Position numbers and translations under genes: made by a program
Notes under the pieces: model-generated
What the model was told of the DNA's origin: nothing
The model's database searches: none
Seen by the model: only the letters and a program-made list of their open reading frames with translations
NCBI GenBank assembly: GCA_051252135.1
Contig: JBPOGH010000009.1
Span: 32,001 to 96,000, forward strand
Origin: Verrucomicrobiaceae bacterium
GTDB taxonomy: Bacteria > Verrucomicrobiota > Verrucomicrobiia > Verrucomicrobiales > Akkermansiaceae
DNA length: 64,000 bases
Direction of reading: 5' to 3'
Shown here: positions 49,425-58,858 of the stretch, one piece after another
Position numbering within the stretch: the first letter of the stretch is position 1
Layout of the letters: each line of letters begins with the position of its first letter

Positions 49425-50209
49425 AGCAGAGAATCATCATTCTATTGTTGTTTGTGGGGACCTTTCTTACGGGTCTTGCACTGATCCCCGAGACTCCTGC
49501 GATGAAGCCCTCGAGGCTTTCGCGGAGGTTGCCCGAGTCATTTGAGAGGTGGCAGGGAAGCCCTCAGGAGCCGTCATTGGAGGAAAAGCAGAAATTGGCC
49601 GGAGACACTGATTTCGAGAGGATGAGTTATCGTGATACTTCCGGCACTCTTCCCGCGGTGGAAGCTTCGATTGTTTTTTCAGGGAAGAGCCTGAGCCAGA
49701 GTATTCATCGTCCGGAAGTGTGTTTCCGGGCACAGGGGTGGAAGTTTGAGAGTGAGACGTATTTGGTGCTGGAGGGGGTGATGCCTGATGGGGGTGATCT
49801 TCCGGTGAAGGAGATTATTTGTTCACGCATCTGGACGCGAGAGAATGAGGAGGGGAAGCAGGAGCCGATTGTTCTTTCCAACGGGGAAACCGCGCAGATA
49901 TGGCGGGCATTCTATTACACGTTCTTTGGGCATGAGGCGATTGTCCCCGGTCATTATCAGAGGACGGTGGAGGACATCAAAGACCGACTTTTCAAGGGGC
50001 ATGACCAGCGGTGGGCCTATGCGACCTTTGCCTCCTTCATCAATTCGAAGCACGCCGAGCAAGGGTTGCCGATTGGGAACGTGACGGTTCTTGACGAAGT
50101 GGGCACCAAGGCTCATATCGCGGCTTTCCTGAAGGAGTTGCTTCCCCTGGTTTTATCGGAACCGGGAGAGGGGTATGATCCTTCACTTGTTGGGGGAAAT
50201 AAATTATGA
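49421..50209 (+). CDS. Exosortase-associated EpsI family protein
   Basis: N-terminal TM anchor and SIHRPEVCFRAQGW motif. Coupled to the exosortase gene. Confidence 0.85.
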   Translation: MKQRIIILLLFVGTFLTGLALIPETPAMKPSRLSRRLPESFERWQGSPQEPSLEEKQKLAGDTDFERMSYRDTSGTLPAVEASIVFSGKSLSQSIHRPEVCFRAQGWKFESETYLVLEGVMPDGGDLPVKEIICSRIWTRENEEGKQEPIVLSNGETAQIWRAFYYTFFGHEAIVPGHYQRTVEDIKDRLFKGHDQRWAYATFASFINSKHAEQGLPIGNVTVLDEVGTKAHIAAFLKELLPLVLSEPGEGYDPSLVGGNKL

Positions 50210-51615
50210 ACGAACGCGGGCAGAAGGAGCTCTTCTCCACCCAAGCGCTGCAAGTCTTCGACGCGCTTTTGGTTTGGGGTAGTTTTGCGCTTGCCGCCGC
50301 GCTGCGGGGGCCTATCCGCACGATTGCGGGGATGGAGGATGTCAATCAGGGGGGATTGACCGGGATGATGTGGGTGATTTATATCGCGGTGCCGCTCACT
50401 CCTTTGGTGCTGGAGAAGTTTGGATTTTATCAGCGGATTTCGAGCCGGACGCTGGGTGAAAGCACGAATGCGTTGATTCGCGGATTGCTTGTTGTGGGCC
50501 TGATTGTGGGGATGGTGGCGATATTTGGTAAATTGACGGGGACCCGACGCCTGATTTTGGGGTCGGGGTTTGTTTTGGTCTTTGCGGCGCTTTGGCTGAG
50601 AAATTTTGTGGCGATCAGGGTTTTGTCGGCAAGGGCGGCGAGACCGGAAAATCTGGAGCACGTGGTTTTGGCGGGAGATGAAGAGGAAACGGGGGCGTTT
50701 CTCGCAAGTCTTGATCCCGAGGTGGCGCGGACGTGGAAGATTGTGGAGCGTTTTAATTTGGAGTCATCCAGTGTGGATGATTTGACAGCGCTGATTAAGT
50801 CGGAATCCGTGCAGCGGGTGGTCTTTCTGACGAAGCACACCGAGTTCGAGCGGGTGGCTCGTGCGGTGGAAGTTTGTGAGGTGCAGGGGGTGGAGGCGTG
50901 GATTGGGGCATCGTTTATGAGGACGCAGGTGGCCCGGCCCTCATTTGATGTGGTGGGTGGGCAGCCGATGTTGGTCTTTCGTTCGACACCGGAGCTCTCC
51001 TGGCAGCTTTTTGCGAAGAGTCTGATTGATTTTTTTGGAGCGTTGACGCTGGTGATTCTGACCAGTCCGCTGTGGATCGCGGCCGTGATTGGAATCAGAA
51101 TGACGAGTCCCGGCGGTCCGGTGATGTTCAAGCAACAGCGTTCGGGCCTCTACGGGAAGCCTTTTAGTATCTACAAATTCAGGACGATGGTTCCTAATGC
51201 GGAGGCGCTTTTGGATCAGGTTAAGGAGGAGCACGGGAACGAGAATGACGGGCCGACCTTCAAGTTGGAGTCGGATCCCCGGATTTTTCCGTTTGGGGCC
51301 TTTCTCCGGAAATTCAGTATCGATGAGTTGCCCCAGATGATCAATGTGCTCAAGGGGGAGATGAGTCTGGTGGGACCACGGCCCTTGCCACTTCATGAGA
51401 TTGAGGCGATTGAGAACTCGGCCCATCGGCGTCGCCTGAGCATGAAGCCGGGAATCACCTGTCTCTGGCAGATCAGCGGTCGCAGCGACATCACAAGTTT
51501 CGACGAATGGGTTAAGCTTGATGTGGCTTATATCGACAAATGGTCGATCTGGGAGGATTTCAGGATTCTTTTCAAGACGATCCCAGCGGTGCTCTTCAGC
51601 AAGGGCGCCCGTTAG
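50206..51615 (+). CDS. Priming polyprenyl glycosylphosphotransferase (WcaJ/WbaP-like)
   Basis: YKFRTM, DPRI, SIDELPQMINVLKGEMSLVGPRP and KPGITCLWQ. Confidence 0.93.
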   Translation: MNERGQKELFSTQALQVFDALLVWGSFALAAALRGPIRTIAGMEDVNQGGLTGMMWVIYIAVPLTPLVLEKFGFYQRISSRTLGESTNALIRGLLVVGLIVGMVAIFGKLTGTRRLILGSGFVLVFAALWLRNFVAIRVLSARAARPENLEHVVLAGDEEETGAFLASLDPEVARTWKIVERFNLESSSVDDLTALIKSESVQRVVFLTKHTEFERVARAVEVCEVQGVEAWIGASFMRTQVARPSFDVVGGQPMLVFRSTPELSWQLFAKSLIDFFGALTLVILTSPLWIAAVIGIRMTSPGGPVMFKQQRSGLYGKPFSIYKFRTMVPNAEALLDQVKEEHGNENDGPTFKLESDPRIFPFGAFLRKFSIDELPQMINVLKGEMSLVGPRPLPLHEIEAIENSAHRRRLSMKPGITCLWQISGRSDITSFDEWVKLDVAYIDKWSIWEDFRILFKTIPAVLFSKGAR

Positions 51616-51621
51616 GTTTAG

Positions 51622-53826
51622 ATGACTAATTCCCCACATGCTCCGTCCCGAGGCGGGCTGATTTCGGTGATTGCCGGGCTGGGTCTGACGACGCTGCTTT
51701 TGACCGGTGTCGATTTGATTGTGACTCGCGCGGGGTTTGGCATGTTGCTGATGGGGGTGATGGGAGTGTTGGCCCTTTGGTCGGTGATGAAGGGGTGGGT
51801 GCGGTTATCTCCGGTGTTCACGGTGTATGTGCTTTTTGGGGCGGGATTCTTCATTTGGAGGGCGTTTGCGGGAGGGCCGATTGGGTTGGCGATGGAGGAT
51901 GTGGCCTTGGTGTTGGTATTTTTAGGGGTCTATTGTCTGGTCTCCCCGCAATTCGGGCAGCACTCCAATGTTTTGCTGTGGTTTCTTGTGGTGGCGGTGT
52001 GGGCGAATGTGGGGGTGGCGTTCCATCAGGCATTTTCCCAGGATCCCCAGTTCATTTATCCTCATGTTGCGGAATCCGTTGGGGTGCCGACAGGGTTTTT
52101 CGGGCACTACAATTACTTTGCGGGATTCCTTAACGGGACGTTGTTTATTTTATTGTCGGCTCTGATAATCGGGAAGAGATCGCCGGTCCTGCGGGTGGCG
52201 ATGGGGGTGGGGGTTGTTGGGGCCTTGGTGGTGTTGATCTTGTCCGGATCAAGGGGTGGGTGGGTCTCGTTGATTGTGGGGTCAGGGGTGTGGTTGGCTC
52301 TGTTTTGTTTTTATTTGAAGCGGAGAAACTCGCGATTTTTTCCGGGGGCGGCGATTCTTTCGATTGTGCTCGTTGTTGGCGGCTTGGTTTCCAGTGTTTC
52401 GGTGATCAAGTCCTTTGAGCAGAAGCGAAAGCAGGGAACCGAGCAGAAAGTCACGTATGTGGGTGATGGTGGGCGTCTTGCGTTTCAACAGATTGCCTTC
52501 GAGGTCTTCATGGATTCTCCGGTGATTGGTGCGGGGCCAAGGTCGTTTTCCTATCGGTCGATTGAGGAGTGGGATCCCGAGTTGCTTTTCATATTTTTTC
52601 CGAATCCTGATTTTGCGCACAATGAGTATCTTCAGACGCTGTGCGACTACGGGCTGGTCGGATTTTTCATTCTGCTGGTGGGGATATTCGGTCACGGGGT
52701 GATGGGAACGGTGGGGATGGTGCAGGATTGGGAGACGGATCCCGATGGAGGTGCGATCAAGATGGGGGCGCTGGGCGGACTGGTTTGTCTTTTGACCCAG
52801 TCGTTCTTTAGCTTTTTATTCCACACGCCTGCCCTGATCGGGCTGTTGGCGCTGCAGTTGGGGATATTGGCTCATTTTTCCAGCAGGAGCTCTGAAACGC
52901 GGTCTCTTCCGGCGAAGTTTTTGGGGTCGGGGGTCCATGTTCTGATCGCAGTTCTCTTATTGTTGGTTGGTTGGCCCTTCATGAAATCCTATTTGCTCCG
53001 TGAAGAGACGAGAAAGGAGATGTCGGTGATCGCCGGTCCCAAGGGGGTGGAGCGGGTGTTCAACAAGATGCTTGAATCGGCTGATTTGGGAAGGGACGTG
53101 AAGATGGCGGAGAAGGCGGGCCAGATGGCCTTTAATTTTGGGGGGCAGGCGGTAGAGAATGGGCGGCCCGATTTGGCAGTAGATTTCTGGCGGTTGTCGG
53201 AGATCGGATTTTTGAGGGCGAAAGAGCTGAACCCCCACTCCTTGATCGCGGTTTGCGGGCATCCGAGGGTGCTTGATGCGATGGGTGAATATGAGGAGGC
53301 GGCTCCTTTGCATGAGGAGGCTCTTGAGAAAGCCTGGTCGCGCGAATTTTTCCTGCAGCCCGGTCATTTCGCGGCCCGTAATTCGTGCATGAGGGCGTTT
53401 GAGGCGTATGGGTCGGGAGAGAAGGCCAGAGCCGAGCAGCTTTTTCGGGAAGCTTCCGCCCGGATTGGGCAGCATCGAAAATTCTCAGGCCGGGGTGCGT
53501 GGGTTGAGGAGGTGTCGGCCTTGAATGATACTGTGAGCGGGTGGCTTTCCTATTTGGAGGGCGAGAGGCTTTATGCCGAGGGGGATCGGCTGTGGAAACG
53601 GCGGGAGGCTGAGCGGGGCTATGCCCTGATGCTTGCGGCTGTGGCCCGTTATGAGGCTTCCGAGAAAGCGGTGAAAAATTATGATTCCGCCTGGGCAGCG
53701 CAATGGGCCCAGCTGAACCAGAATATTGGAATTCTCAAGACGGCGGGGATTGTTCCTGCTGAGCTTGCACCCGAGCAAATCGAAGGAATTGCAACGGGCC
53801 TTGAAACCGCAGCCTCGAAACGCTAA
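51622..53826 (+). CDS. O-antigen ligase family protein with a helical/TPR-like C-terminus
   Basis: GFFGHYN, LSGSRGG, P.IGAG and AHNEYLQ...YGLVG. Long soluble helical tail. Confidence 0.82.
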   Translation: MTNSPHAPSRGGLISVIAGLGLTTLLLTGVDLIVTRAGFGMLLMGVMGVLALWSVMKGWVRLSPVFTVYVLFGAGFFIWRAFAGGPIGLAMEDVALVLVFLGVYCLVSPQFGQHSNVLLWFLVVAVWANVGVAFHQAFSQDPQFIYPHVAESVGVPTGFFGHYNYFAGFLNGTLFILLSALIIGKRSPVLRVAMGVGVVGALVVLILSGSRGGWVSLIVGSGVWLALFCFYLKRRNSRFFPGAAILSIVLVVGGLVSSVSVIKSFEQKRKQGTEQKVTYVGDGGRLAFQQIAFEVFMDSPVIGAGPRSFSYRSIEEWDPELLFIFFPNPDFAHNEYLQTLCDYGLVGFFILLVGIFGHGVMGTVGMVQDWETDPDGGAIKMGALGGLVCLLTQSFFSFLFHTPALIGLLALQLGILAHFSSRSSETRSLPAKFLGSGVHVLIAVLLLLVGWPFMKSYLLREETRKEMSVIAGPKGVERVFNKMLESADLGRDVKMAEKAGQMAFNFGGQAVENGRPDLAVDFWRLSEIGFLRAKELNPHSLIAVCGHPRVLDAMGEYEEAAPLHEEALEKAWSREFFLQPGHFAARNSCMRAFEAYGSGEKARAEQLFREASARIGQHRKFSGRGAWVEEVSALNDTVSGWLSYLEGERLYAEGDRLWKRREAERGYALMLAAVARYEASEKAVKNYDSAWAAQWAQLNQNIGILKTAGIVPAELAPEQIEGIATGLETAASKR

Positions 53827-53853
53827 CCCATCCACATGCGCGCAGATTTTGGT

Positions 53854-54786
53854 ATGAAACTCTTTACTGGCACGGCCCACCCCGAGCTGGCCCAGGCAAT
53901 TGCTTCATCCCTTGGAGTGCCGCTGGCCGATGTTAATGTGACGGCGTTTCCCGACGGGGAAACCTTCGTCAAGATCAACGAGAATATCCGGGGAGAGGAT
54001 GTCTTCATCATTCAGCCGACCTGCCCTCCAACGAATCACAATCTGATGGAGCTGATGATTATGGTGGATGCGGCGAAGCGCTCGAGTGCGGGAAGGATCA
54101 ATGCGGTGATTCCGTTTTTTGGGTATGCGCGTCAGGACCGGAAGGATCAGCCCCGGGTTCCGATCACGGCGAAGCTGGTTGCCGATCTTTTGTCTGCTGC
54201 AGGAGTGGACCGGGTGGTGACGATGGATTTGCATGCGGCCCAGATTCAGGGGTTTTTCAATATTCCTGTGGACCATCTTTACGCGAAGCCGATCATTCTC
54301 AAGTCGTTGCGACAGTATTTTGGCGAGGATTGCGAGAATCTCACGGTGGTGTCTCCGGATGTGGGAGGCGTAAAAATGGCGCGGGCTTATTCCGACGCGC
54401 TGGGAGCGCGATTGGCGATTGTGGCGAAGCACCGGGTGTCGGCGACGGAGGTGGAGGCGATGCAGGTGATTGGTGATGTGAATGGGCGTGACGTGGTGCT
54501 GATCGATGATATGACGGAGACGGCGGGAACACTTTGTGCGGCGGCGGACATCTTGAAGGCGCAGGGGGCGAAGCGTATTTTTGCGGCGGTTTCCCATGCG
54601 GTGATTGGAGATTTGGGTCATCAGCGGATCAATGATTCGGCGATCGAAACGGTGATCACGACTGATTCGACTCCGGTTGAGACTACAGCGAAGGTGAAGC
54701 CGAGTTCGATTGCCCCTTTGCTTGGGGAGGCGATTCACCGGATTCACATTGGGAAATCGGTGACGTCCTTGTTCGATCTGGAGTAA
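53854..54786 (+). CDS. prs: Ribose-phosphate pyrophosphokinase
   Basis: FPDGE, YARQDRK, VSPDVGG and DDMTETAGT. Confidence 0.96.
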   Translation: MKLFTGTAHPELAQAIASSLGVPLADVNVTAFPDGETFVKINENIRGEDVFIIQPTCPPTNHNLMELMIMVDAAKRSSAGRINAVIPFFGYARQDRKDQPRVPITAKLVADLLSAAGVDRVVTMDLHAAQIQGFFNIPVDHLYAKPIILKSLRQYFGEDCENLTVVSPDVGGVKMARAYSDALGARLAIVAKHRVSATEVEAMQVIGDVNGRDVVLIDDMTETAGTLCAAADILKAQGAKRIFAAVSHAVIGDLGHQRINDSAIETVITTDSTPVETTAKVKPSSIAPLLGEAIHRIHIGKSVTSLFDLE

Positions 54787-54807
54787 ATCCGACGACCATC
54801 AGAGATC

Positions 54808-56247
54808 ATGTTGTTTACGACCTGGACATTCGCGGCTTTGCTGGTCGCGACGCTCATCGCCTACTTCATGGTCGGGAAGGTCCGGGGAGGGGCGGCTCAG
54901 GTGAGTGTCTTGCTGATCAGCAGTTTGATCTTCTACGCCTACGAGACTCCCGAGCTCGTTCTGTTACTGTTGTTTTCGATTCTGGCGAATTCGTTTTTCT
55001 CGATCCGGATCATTCGTCGTCATCAGCTTGGTGAATCGGCCATGCCGTGGGTGGCGATGGCGGTGGTGCTTAATCTGCTGGTGCTCGGTTTTTTTAAGTA
55101 TGCCGGTTTTCTGGCGGGTTCGCTCTTACCTGATGGGGTTCTGACGGGGATGGTGGGGCGTCTGGAGGCCATTCCGCTGCCGATCGGAATTTCGTTTTAT
55201 ACGTTTCAGGCAATCAGTCTGGTGGTGGATCTTCATCGGGGAGATTCGGCCAAGATGACCTCTCTTGCGAAGTTGGTGCAGGATGGGGATCACATGGAGG
55301 TCACCCGGCGGGTGGGGTTCTTCATTGCGTTTTTCCCCCAGCTGATTGCGGGGCCGATTGTGAAGGCTCACGATTTTTTCTATCAGATCGGGGTTAAGAC
55401 GACGGCGAATATTGATTGGGAGGCGGCGGTAAAGAATTTGGTGGCGGGCTTCTTTCTGAAGATGGTGGTGGCCGATAATTTGAAGGAGGTGACGGTGCTG
55501 CTGGGTGAGAACCTGTTGAGCCAGCGGATTGACCTGTTGTTTCTCACCTATGGATATTCCTGCCAGATATTTGCGGACTTCGCGGGATATTCGTTGATTG
55601 CGATCGGGTTGGCCGGTCTTTTTGGTTACCGGCTGCCGGTCAACTTCAACTTTCCCTACATTTCCGGGTCGATTACGGAGTTTTGGAGGCGATGGCATAT
55701 TTCGCTATCCACGTGGCTTAAGGAGTATCTTTACATTCCTTTGGGCGGGAACCGGAGGGGGGCGATCCGGACTTATGTGAATTTGTTTTTGGTGATGCTG
55801 CTGGGCGGTCTCTGGCACGGCGCGGCATGGAGTTATGTTATTTGGGGAGGGGCCCATGGTATTTTTCTGGCGGTGGAGCGATTGGTTGGAAGGCGCTGGA
55901 GTGTGCCGAATACGGGAATCTTCCGGTTGGGGAAGATTCTGGTGACGGTGCATTTGGTGACGTTCCTGTGGTTGCTGTTTTTGCTTCCTGATTTTAGCCA
56001 TTTTGTGGGGCTGCTTCAGAATTTTGCGGGAGGATCGTGGGAGTTTTCCCCCCAGAACGTTTTCACGGTTGCGGTGTTTGCTTCTCCAATCGTTCTTTAT
56101 CATTTGTGGGCTTTCTTCAGGGAGATGAAGCCCGCGTGTTGTGAGGCGATTGGACAGCGGGTGGGCTGGTGGGGCTATGCCTTGCTATTATTCTTCATTG
56201 TGACGAATTCAGGGACGACGGGGGCCTTTGTTTATTTCCAATTCTAG
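54808..56247 (+). CDS. MBOAT family O-acyltransferase (AlgI/DltB-like)
   Basis: LPIGISFYTFQ, FFPQLIAGPI, EFWRRWHISLS, GLWHGA and terminal FVYFQF. Confidence 0.93.
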   Translation: MLFTTWTFAALLVATLIAYFMVGKVRGGAAQVSVLLISSLIFYAYETPELVLLLLFSILANSFFSIRIIRRHQLGESAMPWVAMAVVLNLLVLGFFKYAGFLAGSLLPDGVLTGMVGRLEAIPLPIGISFYTFQAISLVVDLHRGDSAKMTSLAKLVQDGDHMEVTRRVGFFIAFFPQLIAGPIVKAHDFFYQIGVKTTANIDWEAAVKNLVAGFFLKMVVADNLKEVTVLLGENLLSQRIDLLFLTYGYSCQIFADFAGYSLIAIGLAGLFGYRLPVNFNFPYISGSITEFWRRWHISLSTWLKEYLYIPLGGNRRGAIRTYVNLFLVMLLGGLWHGAAWSYVIWGGAHGIFLAVERLVGRRWSVPNTGIFRLGKILVTVHLVTFLWLLFLLPDFSHFVGLLQNFAGGSWEFSPQNVFTVAVFASPIVLYHLWAFFREMKPACCEAIGQRVGWWGYALLLFFIVTNSGTTGAFVYFQF

Positions 56248-56250
56248 CCG

Positions 56251-57135
56251 ATGAAAAACGCCTTTCAAATCTTGTGGTCGCTGGGATGGCGATGCGGATG
56301 CTTTCTATTGGTTTGGCACATGGCGTTGACGGTGGTGTTTCAGCCTCCGCGATTTGCGGAGTCCAATTTGGTATCCAATCAGATCCGGCTTCAGGCGTTG
56401 GCGGAGATGGAGGGTGGAGGGGCTGTGATGGCAGGGTCCTCCATGATTGCCCGTTTGGATCCGACGGTGGTGGAGGAAGCCGCCGGGGAGGGGTTCCCTG
56501 TGATTCAGTTGGGATTGGATGGAGGGACGGTTTCGCTGGGGTTGGAGATTATTGGTGGTGGTCTGGGAGACCCGGGCGTGTTGGTTTTGGAGGCTAATTT
56601 GCTTTTGAACCAGAAATCGGAGAATCATGATTTTTTGCTGAAGCAGACCTCGGATCCCGTTTTTCTATTGGCCCGATATTTTCCCCCGGTTCGGGCCAAG
56701 AATCGGCCATCGGCTTTTCTCTACAGCCGCTTAAAAGAGTGGAAAGACGGGAGGGGGGCATCAGGGGTTCCGGAAGGTTTGGATGGGGAGGTGGAGTTCG
56801 GGATTTTTAGCGGAGATATTGAGGAAGCGGGTCCTGAGATTGCGCGGGAGGCGGATCGGGTGATTGCATTGGTGGAGGAATCGGGGGTTGGTTGGGAGAA
56901 TGTCTTGTTTGTGATGCTGCCGGATGGAGAGTGGTCGAGACGATCCAACTACCAGTGTCTCAGGATGATTCAGGAACGCACGGGAGTGAGGGTGCTGGAT
57001 ATCAAGGGAAGGTATGAGGGGGTCGACTTTCGATACACGGACGGGTTGCATCTGAATCTTTCCAGCGGGAGAGAGATCTCGAAATTGTTGGGGAGGGCGC
57101 TTAGAAAGATGGGGGTAGAAGAAAACTGGGATTGA
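56251..57135 (+). CDS. Membrane-anchored SGNH-like protein (AlgJ/DltD-like partner)
   Basis: N-terminal TM, AGSS nucleophile motif and late DGLHL (DxxH). Confidence 0.65.
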   Translation: MKNAFQILWSLGWRCGCFLLVWHMALTVVFQPPRFAESNLVSNQIRLQALAEMEGGGAVMAGSSMIARLDPTVVEEAAGEGFPVIQLGLDGGTVSLGLEIIGGGLGDPGVLVLEANLLLNQKSENHDFLLKQTSDPVFLLARYFPPVRAKNRPSAFLYSRLKEWKDGRGASGVPEGLDGEVEFGIFSGDIEEAGPEIAREADRVIALVEESGVGWENVLFVMLPDGEWSRRSNYQCLRMIQERTGVRVLDIKGRYEGVDFRYTDGLHLNLSSGREISKLLGRALRKMGVEENWD

Positions 57136-57162
57136 CTAGTCCCTGATTTAGGGTTTAACCCT
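57132..57162 (+). promoter_or_regulatory. Possible sigma70-type promoter for rplY
   Basis: TTGACT-17/18 bp-(T)TAACCCT upstream of a ribosomal protein gene. Confidence 0.35.
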
Positions 57163-57220
57163 CCGCCCCGCGCGGTATGTTTCGCGGGACACCCAATTAG
57201 TTTCCTACCTGTTTTTTACC

Positions 57221-57865
57221 ATGGCGAAGACCCAAACTCTCAAAGCTGAAACCCGGCAGCGCACCGGTTCCGGAGTGCTTAAGCAGATGCGCCGTGAAGG
57301 CTATCTCCCCTCCGTGATCTACGGAACAAAGACGGAGAATGTGAACATTAAGATCGAGACGAAGGTCCTGACCGACATTTTGGCTCACAGTGCTTCGGCC
57401 AACATCCTTCTGGATCTTGAGATCGAGGGTTCCGGCACGCAGAGTGCGTTCCTTCAGTCGACGCAGAGCGATCCACTTACCGGGAAGCTTCTTCATGCCG
57501 ATTTCCTGGCGCTGAGTGCCGATACCAAGATTCACGCAAGTCTCCCTGTGGTTCTCCACGGTGATTCCGTAGGTGTTCAGGCCGGTGGGGTTTTGGAGCA
57601 GATGATCCACTCTCTGGATATCAGCTGTTCTCCGAAGGACCTTCCCGAGCAGCTTGATGCCGATGTTGAAGAACTTGGAATTGGTGAGTCGCTGACGATT
57701 GGTGATCTGAAATTGCCCAAGGGAGTGACGACGACCATCAGTGACGATGTTCTTGTGGCCATTGTCAACGAGCCTCGTCTTTCCCAGGAAGAGGAAGATG
57801 CTGAGGCCGAGGAGGGCGCAGCTGATGAAGCCGCTTCCACCGAGACGGCAGCTGAGAGCGAATAA
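57221..57865 (+). CDS. rplY: 50S ribosomal protein L25/Ctc
   Basis: RREGYLPSVIYG, LLHADF, G.SVGV..GG and an acidic tail. Confidence 0.95.
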   Translation: MAKTQTLKAETRQRTGSGVLKQMRREGYLPSVIYGTKTENVNIKIETKVLTDILAHSASANILLDLEIEGSGTQSAFLQSTQSDPLTGKLLHADFLALSADTKIHASLPVVLHGDSVGVQAGGVLEQMIHSLDISCSPKDLPEQLDADVEELGIGESLTIGDLKLPKGVTTTISDDVLVAIVNEPRLSQEEEDAEAEEGAADEAASTETAAESE

Positions 57866-57884
57866 GCCGAGCAAAGCTCCTTTC

Positions 57885-57920
57885 AAGAACGCCCGTCACT
57901 TTGTGTGCCGGGCGTTTTTT
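57885..57920 (+). terminator. Rho-independent terminator after rplY
   Basis: AACGCCCG-T-CAC / GTG-C-CGGGCGTT stem followed by a T run. Confidence 0.75.
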
Positions 57921-57955
57921 ATGTTCGATTCCCGGATCCCGTTCCACATTCAGCC

Positions 57956-58600
57956 ATGTCCCAGCTTAAAGCGATTGTCGGTCTCGGAAATCCGGGTGAC
58001 CAGTATGTTGATACGCGGCATAATGTGGGGTTCCGGGTTTTGGATCTTTTGGCGGAGCGGGCGGGGAGTTCGTTTCAATTTGAGAGCAAATGGGAGGCGC
58101 GGACCTGCAAGGTGGGAAATGTGACCTTGTTCCAGCCGCAGACCTTTATGAACGAGAGCGGGCGTGCGGTGGGATCGATCTCGCGGTTTTACCGCTGGGC
58201 GCCTGAGGAGATTTTGGTGGTGTTTGATGATGTGGCGCTGACTCTGGGGACGTTGAGGTTCCGGATGAACGGGAGCCATGGAGGTCACAACGGGGTGCGC
58301 TCATTGCTGGCTCATCTGCCTAGCGGCGACTTTCCGCGATTGAAGGTGGGGATTGGGGCTTCGTCGGGAGAGCAGTTGGTTGGGCATGTTTTGGGGAGGT
58401 TCAAGCCGGATGAGCGGGAACTGCTTGAAAACACACTTGCAACCGCCGCCGATGCTGTCCAACTTGCCGTTTCGGCAGGCGTGGAAGCGTCGGCCAATCA
58501 GTTTAACGTTAAACCGAACAAACAACCCAATCCCAAACCCAACACGGAAAATGAGCCGGAAATACGAGGGCATGATCGTCCTGAAGACACAGGGCGCTGA
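57956..58600 (+). CDS. pth: Peptidyl-tRNA hydrolase
   Basis: IVGLGNPG..Y..TRHNVGF, PQTFMNESG and GGHNG. Confidence 0.95.
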   Translation: MSQLKAIVGLGNPGDQYVDTRHNVGFRVLDLLAERAGSSFQFESKWEARTCKVGNVTLFQPQTFMNESGRAVGSISRFYRWAPEEILVVFDDVALTLGTLRFRMNGSHGGHNGVRSLLAHLPSGDFPRLKVGIGASSGEQLVGHVLGRFKPDERELLENTLATAADAVQLAVSAGVEASANQFNVKPNKQPNPKPNTENEPEIRGHDRPEDTGR

Positions 58601-58838
58601 AGAAAGCGTCGATGACCTTGTGAGCGCTGTCGCTCGCGAGATGGAAGAAGAAGGCGCGAAGCTTGATGAGATCCAGCAAGTGGGTCGCAAGAAGTTTGCT
58701 TACCCTTCAAATCAGATTTCAGGTGGTCACTATGTGAACTACGTTTTTGAAGCTGGTGCGGAGTCTGTTGAGAAGATCAACAGCCGGCTGAAGCTGAACA
58801 ATTCCGTCCATCTGCAGCACTATCGCCGTCTCGCGTAA
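58551..58838 (+). CDS. rpsF: 30S ribosomal protein S6
   Basis: MSRKYEGMIVL, G.KKFAY and G.Y. Overlaps the pth 3' end by 50 bp. Confidence 0.9.
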   Translation: MSRKYEGMIVLKTQGAEESVDDLVSAVAREMEEEGAKLDEIQQVGRKKFAYPSNQISGGHYVNYVFEAGAESVEKINSRLKLNNSVHLQHYRRLA

Positions 58839-58858
58839 CTCTTTTCCTTTCTTCAGCC

